Source: Myxococcota bacterium
GTDB taxonomy: Bacteria > Myxococcota_A > UBA796 > CAJQPC01
NCBI GenBank assembly: GCA_036229005.1
Contig: JAZAMN010000020.1
Coordinates: 224,001-288,000 of the forward strand
Direction of reading: 5' to 3'
Length of the DNA stretch: 64,000 nt
The translations under genes were made by a program, and so were the position numbers. Every line of letters starts with the position of its first letter. Position 1 is the first letter of the stretch. Shown one piece after another: positions 28,145 through 38,105 of this stretch. The notes beneath the pieces are model-generated. The model was not told the DNA's origin. It saw only the letters and a list, made by a program, of their open reading frames with translations, and made no database searches.

Positions 28145-30907
28145 TCAGCGCGAGTAGAAGCCCGAGCGGATGCGCGCGTCCTGCTCGTCGTAGGGGGTCT
28201 CAAGCTGGTTCCAGCCCAGCTCGTCGGTGGCCAGCAGGCTGGGCTGCATCTTCTCGGCGTAGCCCTCGACCAGGATGACCTCGTGTTCGTGGCAGAAGTC
28301 CAGCTCGCGCTCCAGGGCCGCGGGGTCCAGAGCGGTGATCCCAGAGTCGTAGCGCTCCCGAAGCCCCTCTCCATACAGGACGTCCTGGTCGAGCTGGTAG
28401 AGGAGGTGGTCGTTGAGCACCTGGACGGCGTAGGACTTGGCGACCAGCTCAGCCCGCGCCAGCTCCACCTGCTCGGGGCTGCCCGGGAGGCTGTCGGTGG
28501 TCTCCAGCAGGGCGCGGGAGACCTGGCCCACGTGGCCGCTGTCGACGCTGATCTTGGCCATCAGGACGGTGGGGCCGTCGGGCCAGCGCTCGATCCAGGC
28601 CCGGGGGGTGTAGACCAGGCCGGCGCCCTCGCGCAGCCGATCAAAGAGCTCCGCCTGCATGCGGGCGACGATGACGGCTTGGGCGGCGGGATCGGCGTCG
28701 GCGACGTCCTGTAGGCGGCAGGAGAAGCGGACCTGGGCGTTCGACATCGGTCGGTCCCGCCAATGGAGCTGGCGATCCACCAGAGGCACCTCTGCGATCT
28801 CGGCGACAGCGAGGTGCTTGTCCTTGCTCTTCCACGCGCCGAAGGTCTGCTCGACCAGGGCCATCAGGGCGTCGGTCTCGAAGCCACCGACGACCTCGAG
28901 GGTCGCGTTGGCGGGGTCGAAGTGGGCCAGCATCTGCCGCTTGGCGAGGCCAGAGGAGACCCGCAGGTTGCTGTTGGCGCGCTGGCCCAGGGGGTGGCCC
29001 GGCAGGAGCATGCCCATGCGCAGCCAGTACTGGTCGGTGCGGGCGTAGAGGTTCAGGGTGTCGGTGAGCCAGCCCTCGCTGTAGGAGCTGAACTCGGTCT
29101 GGCTGACCATCTCGGCGAGCACCCACAGCATCTCGTGCAGGTTCCCGGCGCTGCCGCTGACCTCCAGGTAGCTGCCCTGACCGTCCCAGGCCTCGCGGAC
29201 CTGCAGGCCCACGCGGCGCCCCTCCATCTGGAGCTCCCAGGGGGTGTAGTTGTAGTGCTTGACGACCTCGGCGGCCCAGGGCTTGGGCTCGGTGGCGGTG
29301 GAGCCGGCAAAGCGCAGGCGCACGACGACCTGGCTCTGGCCTTCGCGGGGGAGCGCGCGCACGCTCAGGCCATTCTCCGTGCTGCGGCGCTCCACCTGGG
29401 GGAAGGGCGCAGGGCTGGCGCTGGCGGCGGGCTTGGGGAGCACGCTGGGCCGGTCGGGGTCGAGCTCGACGTTGTGCTCGACCTCGTGGACGACCGAGAG
29501 GCGGGGCTTGAGGTGGACGAACACGGCCCGCTCCGGGGTCAGGAAGCGCTCCGCGAGGGCGGCGGACTCGCTGTCCAGTGAGCCCAGGGACTGCAGGCCC
29601 TGCAGGGCGTAGTCCGGGCGCCCCGAGTAGTGCATGTGCACGAAGGCTTCGTGGCTGCCGTACAGCGGCGAGGGCAGCTCACCGGCCTCCACCAGAGCGT
29701 TGAGCAGGAAGAGGCTGCCGCTGCCGCGCTCCCAGAGCTCGGCGGGGTAGGTGGTGTTGGGATCCAGCGGCAGCGCGGCGCGGCGCCCGGCCTCCAGCAG
29801 GTTGGCCCGCATGCGCTCCATCCAGGCGCGGTTGTCGCTGCGCTGGTGGGTCATGGTGGGCAGCACCTGACAGGCCAGCACGGAGCCGAACTGGCGGGGG
29901 ACGACCACGCAGGTGTTGGTCCGGAAGCCGGCCCTCCGGGCGAGCACGATGGTGTCCCCGCCCTCGACGTACTCGTCCTGGCGGAGCGTGATCAGGATGC
30001 TCTCCAGGGACATGGCCAGGTACTCGGCGGCGGCGTCGTGGCCCTGCCAGCTCCCCGGCAGGGTCCAGGCGACACCCAGGCCCGGCTGCAGACCCGGCGC
30101 GAAGGCCTCTCCGGCGTCCTGGCTGGCGGGCGCGGGGGGATTGGAGGCCCGGCCGCTGGGCAGGTAGCAGGCGCCCTCGCCTTGGGTGAGCTGGGGGTCC
30201 ATGCCCTCCAGCATCGCGATGACCTCGCTGGCGTCCACGTCCCCCACGACGACCATGCTGGTGTTGGCATAGCTGTAGTCGGCCGCCAGGCTCTGGAGGG
30301 CCTCCAGGGTCGCGTCGCTGCCCCCGCGCTCCAGCGAGTGGTAGACGTGGCCCTCCGGGTACAGCGCCTGGGAGAGCTGGGGGGAGATCACCCAGACCTC
30401 GGGCCAGCCCAGGCGGCGCTCGGCCTGGACGACGCGCTCTTCGGCGCTGACCAGCGTCTGATCGATGCCCTGCAGGGGGTCGTTGATGCGCTGGAGCTCC
30501 AGCTCAAGCAGGGCCTCCAGCTCTTGCCGCCGGGCGATGGTCGCGTAGGTGGTCAGATCGGCGCGGGTGTAGCCGTTGAAGTGCGCGCCCATGGCGTGGA
30601 GCTGGTCCCAGACCGACACCCCGCCGGGGGTGGAGCGGAACCACAGGTGCTCCAGCAGGTGGGCCCCCTCTCCAGCGCCCGGCGCCTCCTCCCGGGCGCC
30701 GACACCCACGGAAGTCGTGATGGAGACCACGTCCAGATCGGGGCGCTCAATGACGGTCAGGCGCAGCCCCGCGGGCAGGCAGGCGTTGGTGTACTCCGCA
30801 CCCGCGGTCTCCCCCGCCCAGCGAAAGGCGGGCTCAGGCCCGGTCGAGAAGCCCGTCAGCCCAACACTCAGCAGCCCCAGGGCCGCTGCTCGATCGATCC
30901 TCCCCAC
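28145..30907 (-). CDS. M16 family (insulinase-like) zinc peptidase, two-module
   Basis: AHLLEHLWF (HxxEH); NGYT; second module begins NGLSV; GGAGGAG SD before the GTG at 30907. Confidence 0.8.
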   Translation of the reverse strand: MGRIDRAAALGLLSVGLTGFSTGPEPAFRWAGETAGAEYTNACLPAGLRLTVIERPDLDVVSITTSVGVGAREEAPGAGEGAHLLEHLWFRSTPGGVSVWDQLHAMGAHFNGYTRADLTTYATIARRQELEALLELELQRINDPLQGIDQTLVSAEERVVQAERRLGWPEVWVISPQLSQALYPEGHVYHSLERGGSDATLEALQSLAADYSYANTSMVVVGDVDASEVIAMLEGMDPQLTQGEGACYLPSGRASNPPAPASQDAGEAFAPGLQPGLGVAWTLPGSWQGHDAAAEYLAMSLESILITLRQDEYVEGGDTIVLARRAGFRTNTCVVVPRQFGSVLACQVLPTMTHQRSDNRAWMERMRANLLEAGRRAALPLDPNTTYPAELWERGSGSLFLLNALVEAGELPSPLYGSHEAFVHMHYSGRPDYALQGLQSLGSLDSESAALAERFLTPERAVFVHLKPRLSVVHEVEHNVELDPDRPSVLPKPAASASPAPFPQVERRSTENGLSVRALPREGQSQVVVRLRFAGSTATEPKPWAAEVVKHYNYTPWELQMEGRRVGLQVREAWDGQGSYLEVSGSAGNLHEMLWVLAEMVSQTEFSSYSEGWLTDTLNLYARTDQYWLRMGMLLPGHPLGQRANSNLRVSSGLAKRQMLAHFDPANATLEVVGGFETDALMALVEQTFGAWKSKDKHLAVAEIAEVPLVDRQLHWRDRPMSNAQVRFSCRLQDVADADPAAQAVIVARMQAELFDRLREGAGLVYTPRAWIERWPDGPTVLMAKISVDSGHVGQVSRALLETTDSLPGSPEQVELARAELVAKSYAVQVLNDHLLYQLDQDVLYGEGLRERYDSGITALDPAALERELDFCHEHEVILVEGYAEKMQPSLLATDELGWNQLETPYDEQDARIRSGFYSR

Positions 30908-31001
30908 TGTCTCCTCCCATGAAGTCGGGCGGAGCCTACCCCAACCGGCGCCCCGGACACCAGAGGGAGCCCCCCGCTCCCCTCCGGAATAGAGCCTGCC
31001 C

Positions 31002-32363
31002 ATGTGGCTGCTGCTCTCCGCCTTGACCCTGGCCTCTCCAGGGACCGACGCGATCTCCGAAGGGGACGCCGCGCGCTACGCGGGGGACCGGGTGAGCGCC
31101 CGCGAGCACTACCGGGCGGCGGCCGAGAGCGAAGACCCCGCGGCCCAGGCCATGGCGCACCTGCGGCTGATGCAGATGTCCGGCAACTTCGGGATGATGG
31201 CCCACGGCCCCAAGCTGGACCGCGCGCTCTACACCGACAGCCGCGACCCCTGGCTCTACCTGGCCTGGGCGGACTTCCACCTGATGCTGCCCCCGCAGCT
31301 CGGTGGAGACCCCGAGGTCGCCGCGCGCTGGGCCCAGGCCGCGATGGAGGCGCTCCCCGGTCCGGCCCTGGCCCGCATGTACCTGGCCACCGGCGACCCC
31401 GATGTCCTCGCCGAGCTGGAGGCCACAGAGGAGCGCGACGGCCTGGGGGATGCGTTGGTGGAGCACGCCGGTGAGCTCCCCCCACAGCCGGGCACCTGGA
31501 TGTTCTCCCTGGGCTTCGCGGGGGCCCCGGGCGCGGGCTTCGGCGGCGGCGTCAGCTTCGTGCACCCCGACCTGGCCCTGCGCGGCTGGCAGCTCAGCGT
31601 GGGGGCCTTCGCCAACACCCGCGGTGGCTACGTGGGCACCTGGAGCGTGCAGAGCCCGGGCACGCTCTACGGCCACAACAGCGGCACCGCCGCGCGCACC
31701 TGGATCGACGTCTACGACGACGCCGGCGTGCCCACCCGCAGCCAGATGGACCTGTACCAAGCCACCCTGGGTCCCGGCTGGAGCCACGGCCCCTGGCGCC
31801 TGAGCGTGGGCATGCGCGCGCGCTGGGACAGCCTGGAGGGCGCCCCCCTCAAGCCCAGCCACGGCCCCTTCGCCAGCGCCCGCTTCGACAAGACCAGCGG
31901 CTGGGGAAAGACCCGCCGCGGCGGCTGGGCCAGCGCCAGCATCGACCACAGCCAGTGGGGCTACGCGCACACCAGCTACCACCTGCGCAGCGCCAGCTAC
32001 CTGCCCTTCGCCAAGGGCGTCGTCGCCGGCCGACTCACCTGGGACCACGAGCTCCAGGACGCCCCCGTCTACCGCTTGCCCAGCGCGGGCGGCTCCGACC
32101 TGCACCGCGGCGCCTGGACCGGTCGCTACCGCGCCCCCCGCATCGCCACCGCCGACCTGGAGCAGCGCTGGATGGTCTGGGGCCCCCTGGAGCTCGCCGT
32201 GTTCGGCAACGTCGCGTGGGTCGACCTGGAGGAGCTCCACCCCGCCGGCGGCTTCGGCGTCCGCTTGATCATGCCGCCCGAAGAGCTCAACGTGCTGCGC
32301 CTGGACTTTGCGTGGTCGGACTCGGATTTCGGGGTGTACGTGGCGTACGGCGAGACCTTCTGA
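31002..32363 (+). CDS. Outer-membrane Omp85/surface-antigen-like beta-barrel with N-terminal helical domain
   Basis: Short signal peptide; amphipathic strands; GGSDLHRG..GRYR (VRGY-like); GFGVR..LRLDFAW; ends YGETF. Confidence 0.65.
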   Translation: MWLLLSALTLASPGTDAISEGDAARYAGDRVSAREHYRAAAESEDPAAQAMAHLRLMQMSGNFGMMAHGPKLDRALYTDSRDPWLYLAWADFHLMLPPQLGGDPEVAARWAQAAMEALPGPALARMYLATGDPDVLAELEATEERDGLGDALVEHAGELPPQPGTWMFSLGFAGAPGAGFGGGVSFVHPDLALRGWQLSVGAFANTRGGYVGTWSVQSPGTLYGHNSGTAARTWIDVYDDAGVPTRSQMDLYQATLGPGWSHGPWRLSVGMRARWDSLEGAPLKPSHGPFASARFDKTSGWGKTRRGGWASASIDHSQWGYAHTSYHLRSASYLPFAKGVVAGRLTWDHELQDAPVYRLPSAGGSDLHRGAWTGRYRAPRIATADLEQRWMVWGPLELAVFGNVAWVDLEELHPAGGFGVRLIMPPEELNVLRLDFAWSDSDFGVYVAYGETF

Positions 32364-32378
32364 GTCCGGCGTTTCCCC

Positions 32379-33077
32379 TCAATAGTCCGGCGCCACACAC
32401 TGGATCTGCACGCTCGTCTCCCGGTCCGCCTCCACCGGCACGACCACGCTGTCGGCCTGCGCCTCCCAGCCCATCGAGCGCGCGTTGCACCAGCCCTCAG
32501 GGACGGTCCACGCCAGGGTGACCTCGCCGGGGGGGAGGTTGATGAACCACACCAGCGACTCGTCGGTGGTGACGTGCCCAGGGACCCCAGCGGTGAAGTG
32601 GTCGATGACGTAGGCCTCCCCAGCCGCCTCCCCGTCGATCAGGACCTCCAGCTCGACCCCCGCCAGGGTCTGCCCGCCGTCGGAGGACAGGTCCCCCGCG
32701 AACACCGACACCATGCCGGTCCCCGCCTCCCAGGTGCCGGCGCCCAGCCAGTCTTCGTAGACCCAGTCCGATAGGCTGCGGGCGGCCCAGCGCGCGACCC
32801 AGTTGTTGTTCAGGTCCAGCGGGATGAGCAGCGACTGGTTGCCCGGGTGGTCCACGCGGATGGCCACCGGCCCCGAGGGCAGCCCGCCCAGGTGCGCGAA
32901 CCCGTCCTCCCCCACCTGCTCGCAGGAGGCCTCCCGGCAGACCTCGGCGCCCTCCAGGAAGGCCGAGTTGCCCTGCACCCACACCGACGCGCTGTGCCCA
33001 CCGTCCGTGGCCACCGGGTCCACGTCCATCACACCGGGCGCGGTGTCCCCCGCGCACGCCAGCCACAGCCAGATCAT
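32379..33077 (-). CDS. Hypothetical lipoprotein (carboxypeptidase-regulatory/transthyretin-like domains)
   Basis: MIWLWLAC; ATGA overlap with the upstream gene; FINLPPG motif. Confidence 0.65.
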   Translation of the reverse strand: MIWLWLACAGDTAPGVMDVDPVATDGGHSASVWVQGNSAFLEGAEVCREASCEQVGEDGFAHLGGLPSGPVAIRVDHPGNQSLLIPLDLNNNWVARWAARSLSDWVYEDWLGAGTWEAGTGMVSVFAGDLSSDGGQTLAGVELEVLIDGEAAGEAYVIDHFTAGVPGHVTTDESLVWFINLPPGEVTLAWTVPEGWCNARSMGWEAQADSVVVPVEADRETSVQIQCVAPDY

Positions 33078-34132
33078 CGCGCCTCCCAGTAGCGCAGGCC
33101 GTCCACCAGGCGCTGCGCGGTGTAGGGGCTGGTCGCGCTGTCCTCGCAGTAGCCCATCAGGTCCGGGGTCTCCGGGGGCAGCCAGACCTGGGCGATGGGG
33201 TCCCAGGTCGCGATGCCCACAGCCCCCTCCTCGTCCGGGAAGCCCGGATCCACGCTGTCCGGACCGCACGAGGGCGTGTGCATCGCCCCCAGCAGGTGCC
33301 CCAGCTCGTGCGCCATGGTCTTGTGGTTGCGCGCGCTGCCCTCCCAGGGGCCCACCGCCGCCCGCAGCTCCGGCTGGAAGTCCATGCCGCCGGCCAGGCC
33401 CGCCCCATCGCTGGCCGAATAGAGCCCGTAGTAGAGCACCGAGGGCGCCGCCCCCTCCGCCTGGTGCAGCGCGCCCAGGGCGTAGACCTCCTCGGCCAGG
33501 TCCTCGCTGTCGCGCACGCCGCCGTCCCGCTCCATGCCGTCTGGGTGCACACTCAGCAGCACCTGCGACGTGGGGATGAAGCGCAGCAGAGCAGCCTCGA
33601 GCTCCGCGAGCGCCGCGTCATCCAGCTCCGGCGCGACGTCGTTGAAGCGCAGGGGCACCAGCACGAGCTCCAGCGGCGGGACCGCCTGCGCGTCCAGGGA
33701 GAGGAAGCGGTCTGCGGGCCGCCTCGCGCTGCCGGCCTCACCGCGGGACACCCCGTCCACCTCGAACACCGAGACCCGGATGGCCGCCGTCGAGGTCACG
33801 CTGTCCGCGTCCAGCTCCAGGGTCAGCTCCGCCCCCTCGGCGCCCACGTCCAGCGCCTGGGCGTCCAGCTCCACGGGCCATCCGTCCGCATCCAGGCCCT
33901 CGGCCACCACGCGCACCCGCCGCGGCTCGAAGCCCGACTCCGGCGCCAGGGTCACCCGCAGGGCCGCCCCGCGATCCGCGATGACGGTGGTCTGCCGCGC
34001 CTGGACCGGGGCCCCATCGAGCACCAGGGGCACGGTGGCGGTCTGGCCCAGCAGCACCTCGTCGATGGAGAGATCTGCGGCCAGTGGCGGAGGGGATCCG
34101 CAGGCCAGGAGGTGCAGCAGCCATGGCGTCAT
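33074..34132 (-). CDS. Zinc metallopeptidase lipoprotein (M66/reprolysin-like)
   Basis: AHELGHLLGAMH (HExxHxxGxxH); DLMGYC Met-turn. Confidence 0.8.
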   Translation of the reverse strand: MTPWLLHLLACGSPPPLAADLSIDEVLLGQTATVPLVLDGAPVQARQTTVIADRGAALRVTLAPESGFEPRRVRVVAEGLDADGWPVELDAQALDVGAEGAELTLELDADSVTSTAAIRVSVFEVDGVSRGEAGSARRPADRFLSLDAQAVPPLELVLVPLRFNDVAPELDDAALAELEAALLRFIPTSQVLLSVHPDGMERDGGVRDSEDLAEEVYALGALHQAEGAAPSVLYYGLYSASDGAGLAGGMDFQPELRAAVGPWEGSARNHKTMAHELGHLLGAMHTPSCGPDSVDPGFPDEEGAVGIATWDPIAQVWLPPETPDLMGYCEDSATSPYTAQRLVDGLRYWEAR

Positions 34133-34914
34133 CAGAAGCTCCCCGCTCGGGCCCCCGCCACCTTGCCATCCTTGAAGACCAAGGTTCCAGGCGCATACTC
34201 CGCGCCCGCGACGCTCAAGGTGTCGTAGCTGACGACCTGCGTGAGCGCGCCGGAGCTGTCCAGGAAGACGTCGACCCCGGCGGGCAGGGAGACGCCCCCG
34301 ACGCGGCTCTCGCGGCCCAACATGCAGCGGGCCAGCGAGCCGTCGCGATGCAGGGTGGCGGCGTTCTCGCAGGGGATCCCGCCGACGCCCAGGTGCTGGC
34401 GCGGGGGCTCGATGTCAAAGAAGGTGAGCTGGCGGATCGAGGCGCTGCCGGCCTCCAGGTCGAACCAGAAGCCCACCTGGGCGCCGCGGCGCACCAGCAG
34501 CTCCCCAAAGCGGTGGTCGCGGCCCAGCTTGCACACCGCGAAGCCGCCGCCGTCCACCATCAGGCGCCCGCTGCAGGGCACGCCGGTGACCGGGACCGTG
34601 CGGGTGAGCGCGACGCTGAGGCCGCTGGGGTCGCCGCCGTCCGGGGCGTACAGGACCGGCTCCCCGTGGCTGTCTGGGGGGAGGGAGGCCAACAGCTCGG
34701 GCGCCACACCCAGGTCCACCCCGCCAAAGGGATCCCCCTCGGGCTTCTCTGCACTGGCTGGCTCCGGCGAGGTCACCGGCAGGGGCTCGGGCTCCGGATC
34801 CTGGGGCACCACCGGCGTCCAGTCCCCCGGGGTGGCCTCGGAGGTCGGCGAGACCGCGCGCTCCGCCTGGGGCTCTGCGGGCTCCTGCAAACACGCGATC
34901 AAGAGAAGCAACAT
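34132..34914 (-). CDS. Hypothetical lipoprotein
   Basis: MLLLLIAC; Pro-rich linker; TAGGCT 6 nt upstream. Confidence 0.65.
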   Translation of the reverse strand: MLLLLIACLQEPAEPQAERAVSPTSEATPGDWTPVVPQDPEPEPLPVTSPEPASAEKPEGDPFGGVDLGVAPELLASLPPDSHGEPVLYAPDGGDPSGLSVALTRTVPVTGVPCSGRLMVDGGGFAVCKLGRDHRFGELLVRRGAQVGFWFDLEAGSASIRQLTFFDIEPPRQHLGVGGIPCENAATLHRDGSLARCMLGRESRVGGVSLPAGVDVFLDSSGALTQVVSYDTLSVAGAEYAPGTLVFKDGKVAGARAGSF

Positions 34915-34966
34915 GGGGCCAGCCTACCGGCTATCGGGACTCCCCGCCCTCTCTGGAGCCGCCTTC

Positions 34967-35635
34967 ATGATCCGACTGCGTGGACTGGTCAAGCGCTACC
35001 CCGCCGCGGGGGGCTCCCTGACGGTGCTCAAGGGCTTGGACCTGGACATCGCGGCGGGCGAGGCCGTGGCGATCATGGGCAGCTCGGGCTCGGGCAAGAG
35101 CACCCTGCTCAACGTGCTGGGGCTGCTCGATGGCTTTGACGAGGGCAGCTACCACTTGAACCAGGAGGACATGTCCGGCCTGAGCGAGGTGGAGGCCGCC
35201 GCCCTGCGCTCCCGCACCCTGGGCTTCGTGTTCCAGAGCTTCAACCTGCTGGAGACCAAGGACGCCGTCGAGAACGTGGCCCTGCCGCTGTACTACCAGC
35301 GGGTGCCTCGGGCGGAGCGCCACGAGCGGGCCCGGGCGATGCTGGAGCGGGTGGGGCTGGCGGACCGGGCGGACCACCGGCCCTCGCAGCTCTCCGGCGG
35401 GCAGAAGCAGCGCGTGGCCATCGCGCGGGCCCTGGTGGCGCAGCCCAAGGTGATCCTGGCCGACGAGCCCACGGGCGCCCTGGACACGGCGACCACCCAC
35501 GAGATCATGGAGCTGCTGGAGGAGGTCAACGCCGCCGGCATCACCCTGGTTGTGGTCACCCACGAGCCGGACATCGGGGCGCGCCTGGGCCGCACCATCC
35601 GGCTGAGCGACGGGCGCATCGTGGAGGGGGCGTGA
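34967..35635 (+). CDS. ABC transporter ATP-binding protein (MacB/LolD-like)
   Basis: GSSGSGKST; LSGGQKQR; ILADEPTG; VVTH. Confidence 0.93.
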   Translation: MIRLRGLVKRYPAAGGSLTVLKGLDLDIAAGEAVAIMGSSGSGKSTLLNVLGLLDGFDEGSYHLNQEDMSGLSEVEAAALRSRTLGFVFQSFNLLETKDAVENVALPLYYQRVPRAERHERARAMLERVGLADRADHRPSQLSGGQKQRVAIARALVAQPKVILADEPTGALDTATTHEIMELLEEVNAAGITLVVVTHEPDIGARLGRTIRLSDGRIVEGA

Positions 35636-36861
35636 AGGACGCCATCGAGGCCTGGCGCGAGGTCATCGAGACCTGGTGGCGCCAGCCCTTCCGCACCCTG
35701 AGCACCGCCGCGACCGTGGCCTGGGGCATCTTCATGCTGGTGCTGCTGCTGGGCGCCGGTCAGGGGCTGGAGAACAGCCTGCGCTGGCAGTACCGCGACG
35801 ACGCGATGAACAGCCTGTGGCTCTACCCGGGGACCACCTCGCGCCCCTACCGCGGGCTGAACAAGGGGCGGCCCATCGCCTTCGAGAACCGCGACTACGC
35901 CTGGCTGGAGGGCTTCCCGGACGTGGTGGAGGCCACCGGGCGCAACACCGTCCGCAGCACCCCCGTGCGCTACCGGGACCGGGTGGGGCAGTACTCGATG
36001 CGGGCCGCGCACCCCGAGCACCAGGCCACCGAGAAGAGCACGGTGGTGGCCGGCCGCTTCCTGAACGACCGGGACGTCGCCGAGCGGCGCAAGGTCGCGG
36101 TGATCGGCAAGCCCGTGGCGGAGTTCCTGTTCCGGGGGGCCGACCCCATCGGGCAGGAGATCGTCGTGCTGAGCAGCGCGCTGACGGTGGTCGGCGTGTT
36201 CGACGACGAGGGCAGCGCCCGCGAGACCCAGATGTTCTACGTGCCCATCACCACCGGGCAGGTGCTCACGGGCGAGGGCGAGGGAATCGGGCAGCTCATG
36301 TTCACCGTGGACCCCGACACCGACCTGGAGCAGAGCCAGGCCATCGAGTCCCGCATCCGGCGGGCGCTGGGGCCGCGCCTGGGCTTTGACCCCGACGACC
36401 CGCGGGCGCTGCGCGTGCGCAACAACGTGGCGTCCTTCGCCGAGGTGCAGGCGGTGTTCACGCAGGTGCGCGCGTTCACCTGGGCGGTGGGCCTGGGGAC
36501 CCTGCTGGCGGGGGTCGTGGGCGTCTCCAACATCATGCTGATCAGCGTGCAGGAGCGCACCCGCGAGCTGGGGCTGCGCAAGGCGCTCGGCGCCACCCCG
36601 TCCTCGCTGGAGCGCATGATCCTCCGAGAGGCGCTGGGGCTCACGGGGATCGCCGGCGCAGCCGGCCTGTTGGGGGGCGTCGTGGTGGTGCAGGCCGCAG
36701 CCCTCTGGCTCCCGGAGAACGACTACCTGCGGGACCCCGGGGTGGACCTGGACGCCGTGCTCATCGCGACGGGGCTGGTGGTCTGCGCGGGAGGGATCGC
36801 GGGGTGGTTCCCAGCACGCCAGGCCGCCAACATCCCGGCCGTGGAGGCCCTGCGCGCATGA
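35632..36861 (+). CDS. ABC transporter permease (MacB/FtsX family)
   Basis: GRFLN; VGVSNIMLISVQERTRELGLRKALGA. Confidence 0.92.
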   Translation: MKDAIEAWREVIETWWRQPFRTLSTAATVAWGIFMLVLLLGAGQGLENSLRWQYRDDAMNSLWLYPGTTSRPYRGLNKGRPIAFENRDYAWLEGFPDVVEATGRNTVRSTPVRYRDRVGQYSMRAAHPEHQATEKSTVVAGRFLNDRDVAERRKVAVIGKPVAEFLFRGADPIGQEIVVLSSALTVVGVFDDEGSARETQMFYVPITTGQVLTGEGEGIGQLMFTVDPDTDLEQSQAIESRIRRALGPRLGFDPDDPRALRVRNNVASFAEVQAVFTQVRAFTWAVGLGTLLAGVVGVSNIMLISVQERTRELGLRKALGATPSSLERMILREALGLTGIAGAAGLLGGVVVVQAAALWLPENDYLRDPGVDLDAVLIATGLVVCAGGIAGWFPARQAANIPAVEALRA

Positions 36862-38105
36862 GGGCACTGGACGGCTGGATCGAGGTCTGGGAGGTCGTGC
36901 GCACCCACCGCGTGCGCAGCCTGCTGACCATGGGCGGGGTGTTCTGGGGGATGCTCATGCTGCTGCTGATGGCGGGCTTTGGGCGGGGCCTGGAGCAGAG
37001 CGTGTCCAGCAGCCTGGGCGGCCGCGGGACCAACGCCGTGTTCATGTGGGGGCGGCACACCTCGCTGCCCTACAAGGGGAACAAGCCGGGGCGCCCGGTG
37101 GACTTCAACAACAGCGACGTGCAGGCGCTGCAGACCCAGCTCGGCGCCCTGGAGTACATGGCCCCGCGCAACCAGCTCGGCGGCTGGCGCTCCCGGAACG
37201 AGGTCGTGGGGAACAGCAACTCGGGCAGCTTCCAGGTCATGGGGGACGTGCCGGAGTTCTCGCGCATCCAGCCCATGCGCATGCGGCAGGGGCGCTTTTT
37301 GAACCCCCTGGACATGGAGCAGGAGCGCAAGGTCGCCGTGATCGGCGCCCAGGTCGCCGCCGAGCTCTGGGGCCGCCGGGACCCCACCGGTGAGCCGCTG
37401 CGCATCAACGGCGTGTGGTTCGTGGTCGTCGGCGTGCTGGAGAGCCGCCTGAGCGGGGACCAGTCCGAGCGGGCCGAGAGCACCATCCACATCCCCTTCA
37501 CCACCTTCCAGCGCACCTTCAACGTGGGGGACGAGGTGGGCTGGCTCACCTTCACGGCCGCCGCCGACGCCAGCGCGCTGGAGCTCGAGCAGCAGGCCCG
37601 CGCCATCCTGGCGGCCCGCCACGGCATCCACCCTGACGACGAGCCCGCCCTGGGCTCCCACAACTCCGAGGCCGAGTGGCGCCAGCTCCAGGCCACCTTC
37701 AAGGGCATCCGCGCCTTCGTGGTGGTCGTGGGCGCCTTCACCCTGCTCTCCGGCGTGATCGGCGTGTCCAACATCCTGCTGGTCACCGTCCGGGAGCGCA
37801 CCGCCGAGATCGGCCTCCGCCGCGCCCTGGGCGCCACCGCCCGCGAGGTCGTGGGCATGATCCTCCGCGAGGCCATGGTCATGGTCGGGGTCGCCGGCTA
37901 CGCGGGCCTGGTCGTGGGCGTGGGCCTGCTGGAGCTCCTGCGGCGCCTGCTGGCCGACTCCGAGAGCTTCGGTGACCCCCAGGTCGGCCTGCCCCTGGTC
38001 GCCTCCGCCGGCCTGAGCCTGCTCTTCGCGGGCGCCATCGCCGCCTTCCTGCCGGCCCGCCGCGCGGCCGCAATCTCCCCTGTAGAGGCCCTGAGAAGCG
38101 AATGA
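36858..38105 (+). CDS. ABC transporter permease (MacB/FtsX family), paralog 2
   Basis: GRFLN; IGVSNILLVTVRERTAEIGLRRALGA; ATGA overlap. Confidence 0.92.
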   Translation: MRALDGWIEVWEVVRTHRVRSLLTMGGVFWGMLMLLLMAGFGRGLEQSVSSSLGGRGTNAVFMWGRHTSLPYKGNKPGRPVDFNNSDVQALQTQLGALEYMAPRNQLGGWRSRNEVVGNSNSGSFQVMGDVPEFSRIQPMRMRQGRFLNPLDMEQERKVAVIGAQVAAELWGRRDPTGEPLRINGVWFVVVGVLESRLSGDQSERAESTIHIPFTTFQRTFNVGDEVGWLTFTAAADASALELEQQARAILAARHGIHPDDEPALGSHNSEAEWRQLQATFKGIRAFVVVVGAFTLLSGVIGVSNILLVTVRERTAEIGLRRALGATAREVVGMILREAMVMVGVAGYAGLVVGVGLLELLRRLLADSESFGDPQVGLPLVASAGLSLLFAGAIAAFLPARRAAAISPVEALRSE

